Source: Saprospiraceae bacterium (GTDB taxonomy: Bacteria; Bacteroidota; Bacteroidia; Chitinophagales; Saprospiraceae). From it: a stretch of 52,238 nucleotides of DNA. The notes below the pieces were generated by a model. It was given only the letters and a program-made list of their open reading frames with translations, did no database searches and was not told the origin of the DNA. The position numbers and the translations under genes are program-made. Each line of letters begins with the position of its first letter. Position 1 is the first letter of the stretch. Below, piece by piece: positions 38,137 through 47,501 of the stretch. Location: assembly GCA_043752765.1 (NCBI GenBank), contig JAYUXX010000240.1:1-52238 (forward strand). Reading direction: 5' to 3'.

Positions 38137-38556
38137 ATGAGAATATTTAAATTAATTTCAGTATTTGGATTGATGTTAAATTCCTATTTAAATTGTTCGG
38201 CCCAAATCCCACGTAATGATTTAATCGCCTATTACAAACTGATCTTTTTTTATAGGTGTACTGAGCCTTTTGTTATTGACACGGGTTTTCGAGATGAAGT
38301 TTGTACCTGCTGTCCCGAATGGATGGATGATAGGAGTTTAATAGAAATTGATAGCATGAGTACTATAATCGGTGACGAAATCCGATTGGATGTTGAATCA
38401 ATTAATGTAGAATCAAGTGGAAACTTTTATCCTTCCAGAGAATGCGTATTACATTATTGTCTTAATCAATATGATTCTAAAAATATGAATAAGATGGCAA
38501 AGGGGTTTGCAAGAAGGATGAAGAAAGTAAATCCAATTAACTACAGTAAATATTAA
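38137..38556 (+). CDS. Exported small protein, candidate cognate immunity protein
   Basis: Signal peptide LISVFGLMLNSYLNCSAQ. It starts 7 nt after the toxin stop. 139 aa. Confidence 0.55.
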   Translation: MRIFKLISVFGLMLNSYLNCSAQIPRNDLIAYYKLIFFYRCTEPFVIDTGFRDEVCTCCPEWMDDRSLIEIDSMSTIIGDEIRLDVESINVESSGNFYPSRECVLHYCLNQYDSKNMNKMAKGFARRMKKVNPINYSKY

Positions 38557-38952
38557 CGAAGGTTTTGAGCGATTAAGTGGCTATGATAAGACGTCTAAAG
38601 AGTTACTGGAACATTTAATGCGCTAGTTTATTTAAATAAACGAATTTTTTTGGAAGATACTAAAGACAGTATGAACATTTATTCAACCTATGTCTTCCCT
38701 TTTTGTAGTCCAGAAGAGATAAGAAATTAAATAAATGAGTTAGTATCAAATCCTCTTCCGGCGGGGCAATAATGGTGTTCAAAAGTTAACTGGCTGATGT
38801 TTGTCTATCTTAAGTGTATATTATCTTGGTTTTTAATCTGTAAGCAACCCTAATTCCACAATTTCTTTTGAGCTTTTATGCTTAGTCTATTCTAATAACT
38901 CTTCATAGTAGTCATCATCTACTTTAAAGTAAACAAATTTACCCCTTCCTGA

Positions 38953-39231
38953 TTAGGCTGGAACAGATCCTAGTTCATTTTTACAATTACCGCCTTCAGC
39001 AATACATTGAATGCCCTTGATTCTAGCTACTTCCATCAATAATGATGTGTATTCACAAAACATTTGAGTTGTATCACCAACCTTGTAGCTATAATCTTTT
39101 GAAGGCTGTAAATTATGCTTATGGTCTAGAAGTAGTATGTAAAAGTGTTCGTGATTCTCATCAAAGAATCCAACTACCCTACCCAAGGACATGCTAATTT
39201 GAGATTGATAAAAAGGAAATTCCTCATCGTT
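38953..39231 (-). pseudogene. 3' part of a small gene split by IS21 insertion
   Basis: Removing 39232-41843 (the IS plus one TSD copy) joins ...WIEKDIFEND to EEFPFYQSQISMSLGRVV... in frame with 41839-42044. Confidence 0.65.
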
Positions 39232-39363
39232 TGTAAATTCCGGTGAACGTGACCCCCTCATTCCGGTGATGTTGACCCCCCTAAAATGGAGATTTTGCAG
39301 TTGACTTTAAATGAACGTTCTGATTGCAATGTTTCAAAAATAGCTATTCAACGGTTTCCTGGC

Positions 39364-40089
39364 TTATTTTTTCTTTCTCAGTGATTCGCCTTTCAATTCT
39401 ATCCGGTGTGCTTTAGCTGTTAAACGATCAAGGATAGCATCTGCCAGTGTGGGTTCATTTATAAACTCATGCCACTTTGCAACTGGAAGCTGAGATGTAA
39501 TGATGATTGACTTTCTTGCATACCGATCCTCGAGGATTTGCAGTAGAACCAATTTGATTTGTTGATCGAGAGGCTGTAGACCAAAGTCATCCAGAATGAT
39601 CAAGGGTGTGCGCTCCCAATGATTCAACTGCTTCAAGTATGTTCCATCCAGTTTTGACAATGTAACTTTTTCAATAAAGCGATTCATGTTAAAATACAAC
39701 GTCCGATGTCCTTGCATACATGCTTGATATGCCAATGCACAAGCCAGATAACTTTTACCGCATCCTGTTGGACCTGTGATCAGGATAGGCTCTGCTTGTA
39801 TTATGTAGCGTCCTTCAAGCAGAGAAGCAAACTGTTGTTTGGTTAAGTTTCTTCCAGAAGAACATTCCACATTTTCAGGATGTGCTGCGAGTCTTAACTT
39901 GGCAAGCTTGAGGTAATAAGTCATTCGCTCATTACTTCTGTTGAGCAGCTCTGCCTGAGTCATACTGGCAATCAAGTCATGAGCGTCTAATTGTTGATGC
40001 AAGGGTAATTCCAATTGGGATTGATAAAAACCAGACATACCCAGGAGTCTAAGTTGTTGCAATTGTTCAAGTGTTTGTGTTGAGTTCAT
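39364..40089 (-). CDS. istB: IS21-family helper ATPase IstB
   Basis: Walker A GPTGCGKSYLA, Walker B LIILDDFG. 241 aa, downstream of istA. Confidence 0.92.
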   Translation of the reverse strand: MNSTQTLEQLQQLRLLGMSGFYQSQLELPLHQQLDAHDLIASMTQAELLNRSNERMTYYLKLAKLRLAAHPENVECSSGRNLTKQQFASLLEGRYIIQAEPILITGPTGCGKSYLACALAYQACMQGHRTLYFNMNRFIEKVTLSKLDGTYLKQLNHWERTPLIILDDFGLQPLDQQIKLVLLQILEDRYARKSIIITSQLPVAKWHEFINEPTLADAILDRLTAKAHRIELKGESLRKKK

Positions 40090-40112
40090 ACCTATATTGA
40101 TTTTGTGGTTGG

Positions 40113-41654
40113 TTACTGATATTGTTCCGGCCCCCTGATGTTATCATGTCGAGGTAATGGGGTGGTATCTAAGAGATTTGTTTGTTTGTCAAGTCCTTTC
40201 TCCAGGATGCTGCATATCATCGTATAATTAATCCGTGTACCGTTTAGAGCTCTTTTGCAAGCAGCTTCAAGCCGAAGTTTGTCATACTTTTTTTGTAGCA
40301 TGAGTACTCCATAACAGGACTTGAAGTTTTGCTGCGGATAAATGCTGGAGGATAAAATATGTTCAGCTGCTTGCCGGGTATGCTCTCCTATGTAAGATGC
40401 CTTCTGTAATAACTCGTCCTTGGTCCATCCTTTGATTTGAATAGCCTTTTGATGATGTGGTGGCATATGCTCATGAATCGTGTGATAGGCTTTGGTAGAT
40501 GTATTTTTTTGATGAACAGCGATGCGTACATGTTCATAATATATCTCAACGGTTGAGTTATCATATAAGACTTTCACCTTCTTGCCTGCATACATAAAGG
40601 GTGCACTGTAATAATGACGACCCTCTGATAGTTGAACATGATAGTTGCGCTGAACAGTAGCTTGTACGGTCTTCTTCAGACAGAACACTTCGTTTGGCAA
40701 TTTCTTCAACAGCGTTTTTTCGTGTTGATTAAATAGATCTCTGCGGCTGTAAGTAGAACCTTTGTAAGGTTTGTTGTTTAGCTTTTCAAGCCATTGCATA
40801 ATCGCATAATTTAATTCCTGCAGGGAACAAAAAATGTGATTGCGCAAGGGACCATAAATATGATTGTAAACAATGTTTACAGACTTTTCAACCATAGCTT
40901 TATCTCTTGGCTTGTATGGTCTTGCAGCTGTGAAGCAAGATGAGTAATGCTCGCCTAACTGGTAGCACGCTTCTGTAAAAACCGGCTCATAGCGACTGGG
41001 CCGGCTAACAGCAGTTTTTAAATTATCACATAATACAGTTTGTGTCACACCTCCATAATACTTCAACATCCCATTGAGACAATCGATAAAATCGAATGTA
41101 TTCTGAGTCCGTACATCCCGACAATAGATTAATCCACTATACGGTAAGACAGAGACAAACACATTGCATTTGATTACTTCTCCGCTCGTGGGATCTACGT
41201 AGGATAGTTTCTTTCCTGCAAAGTCAATCATGATAGATTCACCTGCCGTATGCTCTAGATGCATCACTACTTCTTTGTGGCGCAGATATTCATTGAAGTG
41301 ATAGCAATACTGACTGTAGTTGTACCCTTCAAAATGCATCTCCTTATACTCTTGCCACAGCAATTGGCGTGTGACACCAGGCCTTTTTAATTCTGTTTCA
41401 GCTGTCGTAAAATGTTCAAAGAGTTTTGCCTGTCGTTCGCTTCGGAGATGAAGCACATCGTTATTAAAAGCTAAACCAGATAGTTTCTCAGTCTTAATAT
41501 CAGTGGCAGACTCAATATTTAACCTGGCGAGATACTTCCTTACAGTATTACGGGCAAGCCCTACGTGACGAGCAATGGCTTTCACGGAGTATCCCTTTTC
41601 CAGGAGATTTAATATCAGTTTCACTTGTTCCATCTTGATTGTTTTGGCTGCCAT
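40113..41654 (-). CDS. istA: IS21-family DDE transposase IstA
   Basis: 513 aa. N-terminal HTH (GYSVKAIARHVGLARNTVRKYL) followed by an rve-type integrase core. Classic istA-istB arrangement. Confidence 0.92.
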   Translation of the reverse strand: MAAKTIKMEQVKLILNLLEKGYSVKAIARHVGLARNTVRKYLARLNIESATDIKTEKLSGLAFNNDVLHLRSERQAKLFEHFTTAETELKRPGVTRQLLWQEYKEMHFEGYNYSQYCYHFNEYLRHKEVVMHLEHTAGESIMIDFAGKKLSYVDPTSGEVIKCNVFVSVLPYSGLIYCRDVRTQNTFDFIDCLNGMLKYYGGVTQTVLCDNLKTAVSRPSRYEPVFTEACYQLGEHYSSCFTAARPYKPRDKAMVEKSVNIVYNHIYGPLRNHIFCSLQELNYAIMQWLEKLNNKPYKGSTYSRRDLFNQHEKTLLKKLPNEVFCLKKTVQATVQRNYHVQLSEGRHYYSAPFMYAGKKVKVLYDNSTVEIYYEHVRIAVHQKNTSTKAYHTIHEHMPPHHQKAIQIKGWTKDELLQKASYIGEHTRQAAEHILSSSIYPQQNFKSCYGVLMLQKKYDKLRLEAACKRALNGTRINYTMICSILEKGLDKQTNLLDTTPLPRHDNIRGPEQYQ

Positions 41655-41838
41655 TGTCTAATTAGTTAGAGACAAATGACAGATAAAGCAATCAGAACAT
41701 TCTTTCAAGGGGGGTCAACATGCGCCGGAATGACAGGTGCTTAAGGGGGGTCAATATGCCGGAATGACAGCAGGCTTATGCCATCAAGTGGCGACACATT
41801 CACCGAAATGAGGGGGTCACATTGCTCCGGAATCTACA

Positions 41839-42044
41839 TCGTTTTCGAATATGTCCTTTTCAATCCAATAGAAATCCTTTCTTTGCATAGGAATGTTGGT
41901 CGCACCCCAATTTATTTGATGAAACCTGTAAGCATCTCGAACCTTATAAGTAGTAAAGAATAGGCTAACTTTTTGCTCGCCAAGATCTTTCAACTTTACA
42001 AGTAATGATATAAACCATTTCGGCTCAGTATCTCCAAGTCCCAA
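41839..42044 (-). pseudogene. 5' part of the small gene split by IS21 insertion
   Basis: The track ORF 41817-42044 reads through into the IS end (..ENDVDSGAM*). The host part ends at the TSD. Confidence 0.65.
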
Positions 42045-42255
42045 ATAAACAGGTTGTCTGAAATACTGGAAGGAAAAGGACCATTTTACTTCCTTGACAG
42101 GCTTGCCTTTTCATCCTAATTTGCACCAATCGAAACTGTCATGTGTAAAATAGGATTTATAACTCTAGTAAATTAGTCGAATAAGAATGTTCTATTTAAA
42201 TTGCTTTTCAACGGCAGTTACTTATTTTTGTTCCAAACTAAACCTATTTATCATA

Positions 42256-42471
42256 ATGGCAACAGATCGAAATTTTACAAATGGTGATTTAGTATATCAC
42301 AAGTCAAATCCTGGACAGTACATGGTTGTTACTGAGGTAGTAGGCATAACTATAACTTGCTCTTGGTTTACCAATATTTCTCCTCCTTTTAATGGGGTCA
42401 CAAATCAAAGAAGTACAAGTGATTTTTACGATTATGAACTAAACAAATCAACCAAAGTTCCTAACGGGTAG
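42256..42471 (+). CDS. Small DUF2158 (YodC)-like protein
   Basis: MATDRNFTNGDLVYHKSNPGQYMVVTEV resembles the DUF2158 pattern. ATG 42256 preferred over the track start 42187. Confidence 0.45.
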   Translation: MATDRNFTNGDLVYHKSNPGQYMVVTEVVGITITCSWFTNISPPFNGVTNQRSTSDFYDYELNKSTKVPNG

Positions 42472-42988
42472 AAATTCCTTCAATTGGGCACGGGTCTTAT
42501 GCTATTACGATATCAGGTTTTATAATGTTATGAATCTTTTAAAAAATGTGACACTCTGCCCAACTCCATTTGAATACCAGCTGCGTCAATGAAACCTTAT
42601 TAAGGAAGGTTGAGAGGAGGGTGATGTTTTGGTATGATATTTTTATTAATACTTTACCAGTTGCACCTAGGGCTATGTTAGTATCTCTCTGAATTGCTTA
42701 TGCAAATTCGTAAGAAATGGTCCAGGCTGGGGTTAACATAACCAAATTGCTTCCAAATTGCCAAACCATATCATTTGTTATTGGGCAGACTTATAAATTC
42801 TTCCGCATATGAGTTTGAAACATTTTAACATAAAATAGCAATTAAATACATTAAACTATATTGTTATATAAAAAAAATTGATTCATTGATTGTTATATAT
42901 TAAAATTTACGCGATCATTACGTTCAAGGATAAGGGTAGCATTGATTCTTCAGGAGCAAGAGAATAATCTCTTTTTTCTGATTTTTTA

Positions 42989-43774
42989 ATGAACTATTCT
43001 ATCTTAAAAGTTGTAGGAATCTTTAGAAACAAAACTCCTATGGCCCAACTTTACCCTTTTATTAGGAAGCTTCTATTGATATTGTTGATCTTGTTTTATA
43101 GTGACAACAAGAAAATTGCAGCCTGCATCTCACTGGATACTTTAAAGATCCAGGACGGTGATCATATTTATATTTATAGTTACCCTGGAATAACAGCCTC
43201 TATAAAAAGTGAATTTATCATGAGTTCAGTAAAATCCATTAATAGATTAACCAACTCGGCTGCATTCTTAGAGGTTTTGATTCAATCAATCATTTCTTCA
43301 AATACGTATACAATTTCCAATACCATAGCGCGAGATCCCTTTGGCAGAACCGGACACGTCAATTCATTTCATGGTTATCCAAAAGGAGGTGGTTATATTA
43401 ATGCTGGAACTTCAGTAGAACCACGCGACCTTGCTCACGAATTTTTCCATATCTTTCAGTACGAGAAAAGAGGAATGCTGCCTCCTTGTGTTTGCTATGA
43501 AGTTGATGCTTATTTATTTCAAGATCTCGTTTTATTGGAGGCTTACTTACCATTTTCGCACATTATTAGTGAAAACGAATATCATATGAAATATGTTGAA
43601 GCTTTAGATTATTTGGTAATTCGTGGCTATTCTATTAATATGTATAAGCAAGCCATTGCTTTTTTTAAACACAGTACTAGTAATGATAAAGAGATTTATA
43701 GTAAATTCCCTTTATGTACGGACAAGTATCTGGATATGCCTCTTATAGCTAAATTTCTTACAGTTAAATCCTAA
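42989..43774 (+). CDS. Membrane-anchored or lipoprotein-like protein with HExxH zinc-metallopeptidase motif
   Basis: Hydrophobic LLLILLILFY...AAC near the N-terminus. LAHEFFHIFQYE (HExxH plus a downstream Glu). Confidence 0.5.
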   Translation: MNYSILKVVGIFRNKTPMAQLYPFIRKLLLILLILFYSDNKKIAACISLDTLKIQDGDHIYIYSYPGITASIKSEFIMSSVKSINRLTNSAAFLEVLIQSIISSNTYTISNTIARDPFGRTGHVNSFHGYPKGGGYINAGTSVEPRDLAHEFFHIFQYEKRGMLPPCVCYEVDAYLFQDLVLLEAYLPFSHIISENEYHMKYVEALDYLVIRGYSINMYKQAIAFFKHSTSNDKEIYSKFPLCTDKYLDMPLIAKFLTVKS

Positions 43775-43778
43775 TCAA

Positions 43779-44312
43779 ATGAATTCACTAATTCATAAAA
43801 TTATATTGGTAGTTACTCTGATATTTACTTGTGCCAATAACTTTCTAAGTGCCCAAACTGTAACATTGGATTCAGTGTATTATACCAATTCCACCTCTTC
43901 CTATAATCCCTATATTATTGATAATTTTGACCCTAACTTTTCTTTGCCTCAATCTTTATCCAACTATGATCAAGGTCGCATAATTGTTGACATATTTATT
44001 AATAAAAATGGAAAGGTACTTGGCTTTAATATTAAACATATTAAATTAATTAGTACGCAATACGACACTATTGATTGCTATCATTATAGCACAAAGCCTG
44101 TCCTAATGACGGAATATCCAACGGCAGTTCAAATACTTTATAATGATGTTAATCATTATGTAAAAAAACTTATACTTAAAAAGAATCCAAGTCTCAAAAA
44201 TAAGATTATTGATAAGTATGTTATTTCTGTACCTCTTCGGATTATTAAACGGAAGGATACTTTGCTTCAATCATCATTGAAAAAATCAATCAGCTATAAT
44301 ATTAATAATTAG
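43779..44312 (+). CDS. Exported hypothetical protein
   Basis: Signal peptide ILVVTLIFTCANNFLSAQ. It starts 4 nt after the HExxH gene. Confidence 0.45.
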   Translation: MNSLIHKIILVVTLIFTCANNFLSAQTVTLDSVYYTNSTSSYNPYIIDNFDPNFSLPQSLSNYDQGRIIVDIFINKNGKVLGFNIKHIKLISTQYDTIDCYHYSTKPVLMTEYPTAVQILYNDVNHYVKKLILKKNPSLKNKIIDKYVISVPLRIIKRKDTLLQSSLKKSISYNINN

Positions 44313-44412
44313 CAATTTTTATAGGTCCTTTACAGTTGTCAATCTTCTTAATTTACTAAAGTAGTATATTTACTTAAGTTTGACTGTGTTAGCAAAATGC
44401 ATTTAAATTATT

Positions 44413-45510
44413 TTATGTTTTGTTAATCAAAATATTCATCAATGAATGATTGATATAGTAAGTCTCTTTACCAATTTTAAGTGGCTCTAGCATGCCAGCC
44501 GCTGCTAATTTTTGTAAATAAACAGATGCGGTTTGACGCTTTGCTATTCCATTGTTCTCCAGAACCTTAATCTTAATATAAGGGAAGCTAAAAAGTAAAT
44601 CACCCAATTCCTTTGAATATGAAGCTTTTAGGGTCTCCTTAAGCTTTCCTTCTGCATTTTTCTTAAGATCTAAAATTTGATTTATTTTTATCAAGGTCAT
44701 TTCTGAGGTTTCTGCGATTCCATTTAAGATGAATAGGATCCATTCTTCCCACTTTTGTTTTTCAGTTACGTCTTTTAAAAGTCTGTAGTAATCTGACTTG
44801 TTTTGTATGATGTAATAGCTTAAATAAAGAACAGGAAGCCCAATAAGGTCCTTGAGAATTAAATATAGTACGTTGAGTATTCTGCCAGTTCGACCGTTGC
44901 CATCTGCGAATGGATGGATTGCCTCAAACTGGTAGTGGATTAAAGCCATTTTAATTAAGGGGTCTAAATCCAGCAGATTCCCATTAATAAATTTTTCAAG
45001 TTCAGAAAGTTTGCCTCTTATAAACTCTTCTCCCTCCGGTGGTGTATAAATAGTTTCTTTGGTTTGTGGGTTGACTAGTTTCGTTCCTGAGTTTTTTCGG
45101 ACTCCAGCGCTGGTATTTTTCACTTTTCTCATAATTCCAATTAATAAATTGGTCGATATAAACCCCTTCTTCTGCATTTCCTCTAGACCCCAATACATCG
45201 CTTGGCGGTACTGCAAAACTTCTTTTGCGGCAGGATTATTTATATGGTCACCCCAATCAATGGATGCTTTATACAGTTCGTCTTGGGTAGTGACAATATT
45301 TTCAATAGCACTACTCTCCTTGCTTTCTTGAAGTGCAATTGTATTTAGCAGTAAACTAGGATTTGGTAGTGTCTGACAAAAGCCTTTAAGTTCTGCCAAA
45401 AGCTTATTTGCTCTGATTGCTTCCCGAAGAACTTCCTTCGTTTCTAAAGCCTGGATTGGAGGGAGATCCAGCAAAGCATTGTATGGTTTATTTCTATCAT
45501 ATTTGCTCAT
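44413..45510 (-). CDS. Fic family protein (AMPylase-type) with N-terminal inhibitory motif and C-terminal winged helix
   Basis: Fic motif HPFADGNGRTGR. Inhibitory (S/T)xxxE(G/N) motif SSAIEN in the N-terminal region. C-terminal wHTH RQTASVYLQKLAAAGMLEPLKIGKETYY. Confidence 0.9.
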   Translation of the reverse strand: MSKYDRNKPYNALLDLPPIQALETKEVLREAIRANKLLAELKGFCQTLPNPSLLLNTIALQESKESSAIENIVTTQDELYKASIDWGDHINNPAAKEVLQYRQAMYWGLEEMQKKGFISTNLLIGIMRKVKNTSAGVRKNSGTKLVNPQTKETIYTPPEGEEFIRGKLSELEKFINGNLLDLDPLIKMALIHYQFEAIHPFADGNGRTGRILNVLYLILKDLIGLPVLYLSYYIIQNKSDYYRLLKDVTEKQKWEEWILFILNGIAETSEMTLIKINQILDLKKNAEGKLKETLKASYSKELGDLLFSFPYIKIKVLENNGIAKRQTASVYLQKLAAAGMLEPLKIGKETYYINHSLMNILINKT

Positions 45511-46035
45511 TTACAGATACTTATAAGATTTTCTAATATTGATTCAATCGACACGTCATAAAAACATGTCTAAAATACCTAAAATAATCGACACGTAATG
45601 TGTTCATGTCGATTGAATAAAGGTATCATTAGGAATAAGGTAAAAACTGCACGTTTCTAATAAAATAATGTATCAATCTTGTGCTTTAATCTTTCTATTT
45701 CATTGATAATCAGCACTTTGTTATATGTTTAAATGAAAAATTATTAGAATTGACAAAAGCCTGTATTAAACCAGGATTAAAACCTTACTTCTAATTCAGG
45801 TCACTAAGTTTATGTATTTATGATGCCATTTGAAGGCGTTGACATTCTGCAGAATCCCCATTTGCTCTGTGTTAGGTCAGATAGAAGGTGCGGCGGGCCA
45901 AATTTAAGGAAGAGCTGATGAACTGGATGAAAGCTTTGAAGAATGTTAGGGGTTTATGACAAACCTGGCATTTCTATTCCATCAGTCCGTCTCTCATTAA
46001 TTTTCCATTTCAATTTTTAGTCTACATTTAGCAAA

Positions 46036-46206
46036 ATGGAAACCTTTACGCTTCAGTGCTCATCCTTTGCTTGCCGGACTTCTGGCTCCAGAGCTGTTAA
46101 GGTTGAGGCAAATGATCTTCAAAAAGCTTTACTGAAGTATGGCAGGTGCCAAAAGTGTAAAGAGCTAATGAATGAAAAGGATACTAAGCGGGATAAGAGG
46201 AAATAA
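46036..46206 (+). CDS. 56-aa four-Cys (zinc-ribbon-like) protein, copy 2
   Basis: Below the track cutoff. METFTLQCSSFACRTSGSRAVKVEANDLQKALLKYGRCQKCKELMNEKDTKRDKRK. It ends 28 nt upstream of the RES-domain gene. Confidence 0.5.
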   Translation: METFTLQCSSFACRTSGSRAVKVEANDLQKALLKYGRCQKCKELMNEKDTKRDKRK

Positions 46207-46234
46207 TATTATTATCGCTTGAAGAGGAATAAAT

Positions 46235-47185
46235 ATGGATTTAGAAGAAACATATTCAAAGCTAGATGAGCTTTCTAGATTAAATTTATCAACCTATCCG
46301 GTGGATAATATTAATGATATTCTTAATGATCTCGGTCAAATTGAATCCATTTATTATAAACTTAAGAAGGGTGAGACTATTATTAGGGCTCGACCAAATA
46401 AGTCTGATGCTGAGGTCTTTAGCAAAAGGGATCAACTTTCTTATAAACCGGAACACCGAAATACCAAATATCAAAGAGCAAGTTCTCCCGATAGCACCAT
46501 GTTTTATGGATGTATTATTCCTGAGATATTAGGAAAAGAAGATTTTGATATTGCCCGACTAACAGCATTTACAGAGGCAAGTAAAACTTTTAGAGACAAT
46601 CCGTATGTTGCTGAAGAGAAATTAACATTTAGTAGATGGGAGGTAAAAGAGGATATCAATCTAGCCATGATAGCATATCATAGCCGATTCTTAAGGCAGG
46701 GTTCTTTTGTGGATCATTTGAATAAAAGATTTCGAAAGATTCTGAAAACGACTATGGATTTTGATTTGCTTTATAAATCCCTTGTAATTAACGAGTTCTT
46801 TAGTGATCAGTTTGCAAAAAGGATTATTAGAGAAGATTACGATTACCTGCTATCAGCACTTTTTACTGAACATGTCATTAAGCAAGGCTTTGAGGGTGTG
46901 TTTTATCCAAGTGTACAATCAGATGGCAAGGGGTATAATATTTGCCTGACACCAGAGGTTGTAAATTCTAAGTTGAAGTTGACAGTCGTAGGCGAAGGCA
47001 GGTTGTATAAGTATGGCAAGCACTCAATAGTTGGTAATGAGATGGAGTCATTGATAAGTGATGATACATTGCCTTTTACCTTTACAAGGGTTTCAGGACA
47101 AAATTATACTTCTCGCACTGCTGCTATATCTCGGATCGAAAAAATGAGACTCAAGGAGGTAAAAAATTTAAAAGGTAGACTTTAA
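46235..47185 (+). CDS. RES-domain protein (putative NAD+-targeting toxin)
   Basis: ETIIRARPNKSD (Arg), YQRASSPDSTMFYGC...FTEAS (Glu) and EGVFYPSVQSDGKGYNICL (Ser) fit the R-E-S signature order. Confidence 0.6.
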   Translation: MDLEETYSKLDELSRLNLSTYPVDNINDILNDLGQIESIYYKLKKGETIIRARPNKSDAEVFSKRDQLSYKPEHRNTKYQRASSPDSTMFYGCIIPEILGKEDFDIARLTAFTEASKTFRDNPYVAEEKLTFSRWEVKEDINLAMIAYHSRFLRQGSFVDHLNKRFRKILKTTMDFDLLYKSLVINEFFSDQFAKRIIREDYDYLLSALFTEHVIKQGFEGVFYPSVQSDGKGYNICLTPEVVNSKLKLTVVGEGRLYKYGKHSIVGNEMESLISDDTLPFTFTRVSGQNYTSRTAAISRIEKMRLKEVKNLKGRL

Positions 47186-47269
47186 ATAGTTATTGCTAAC
47201 AGATGGCAACTAAATAAGAAGTACAATGCAACTGGACTAGATAATCATATTATAAATAATAGAGCAAAA

Positions 47270-47470
47270 ATGGCAACAAGGCAGGTTTATGAAGATGACA
47301 ATGGGAACCAATTGGATTTCTACATTAATAAAGACAGTAAGTTATTTATGCAAATTCAGGCGGCTGACAAAGACCCATATGTAGGAGTGGGCTATATCGT
47401 ACTAGAAAAGGAGGATGTGTCTGAAATGATAGAGCACCTAAATGTACTTGCCGCCTCAATGCAGGATTAG
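47270..47470 (+). CDS. Hypothetical small protein
   Basis: 66-aa ORF with an ATG start. No motif. Confidence 0.4.
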   Translation: MATRQVYEDDNGNQLDFYINKDSKLFMQIQAADKDPYVGVGYIVLEKEDVSEMIEHLNVLAASMQD

Positions 47471-47501
47471 TTTCTTAGCGTGAGTGAAGTCTTGGCTTTT
47501 A

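Larger units (their letters stand above)
39232..41838 (-). mobile_element. IS21-family insertion sequence (2607 bp) with 5-bp target duplication TCGTT
   Basis: Ends are TGTAAATTCCGG... and ...CCGGAATCTACA (TG/CA termini). The imperfect terminal IRs contain GGGGGTCA repeats (L: 39232-39281; R: 41709-41736, 41745-41770, 41810-41838). TSD TCGTT at 39227-39231 and 41839-41843. istA plus istB inside. Confidence 0.9.

Noticed and set aside
45543-45617. An invertible promoter (inverton) upstream of the Fic gene
   Set aside because: The inverted repeats are only 13 bp and enclose about 49 bp. That is far smaller than known Bacteroidota invertons, and no dedicated invertase is adjacent. An operator is the more economical reading.
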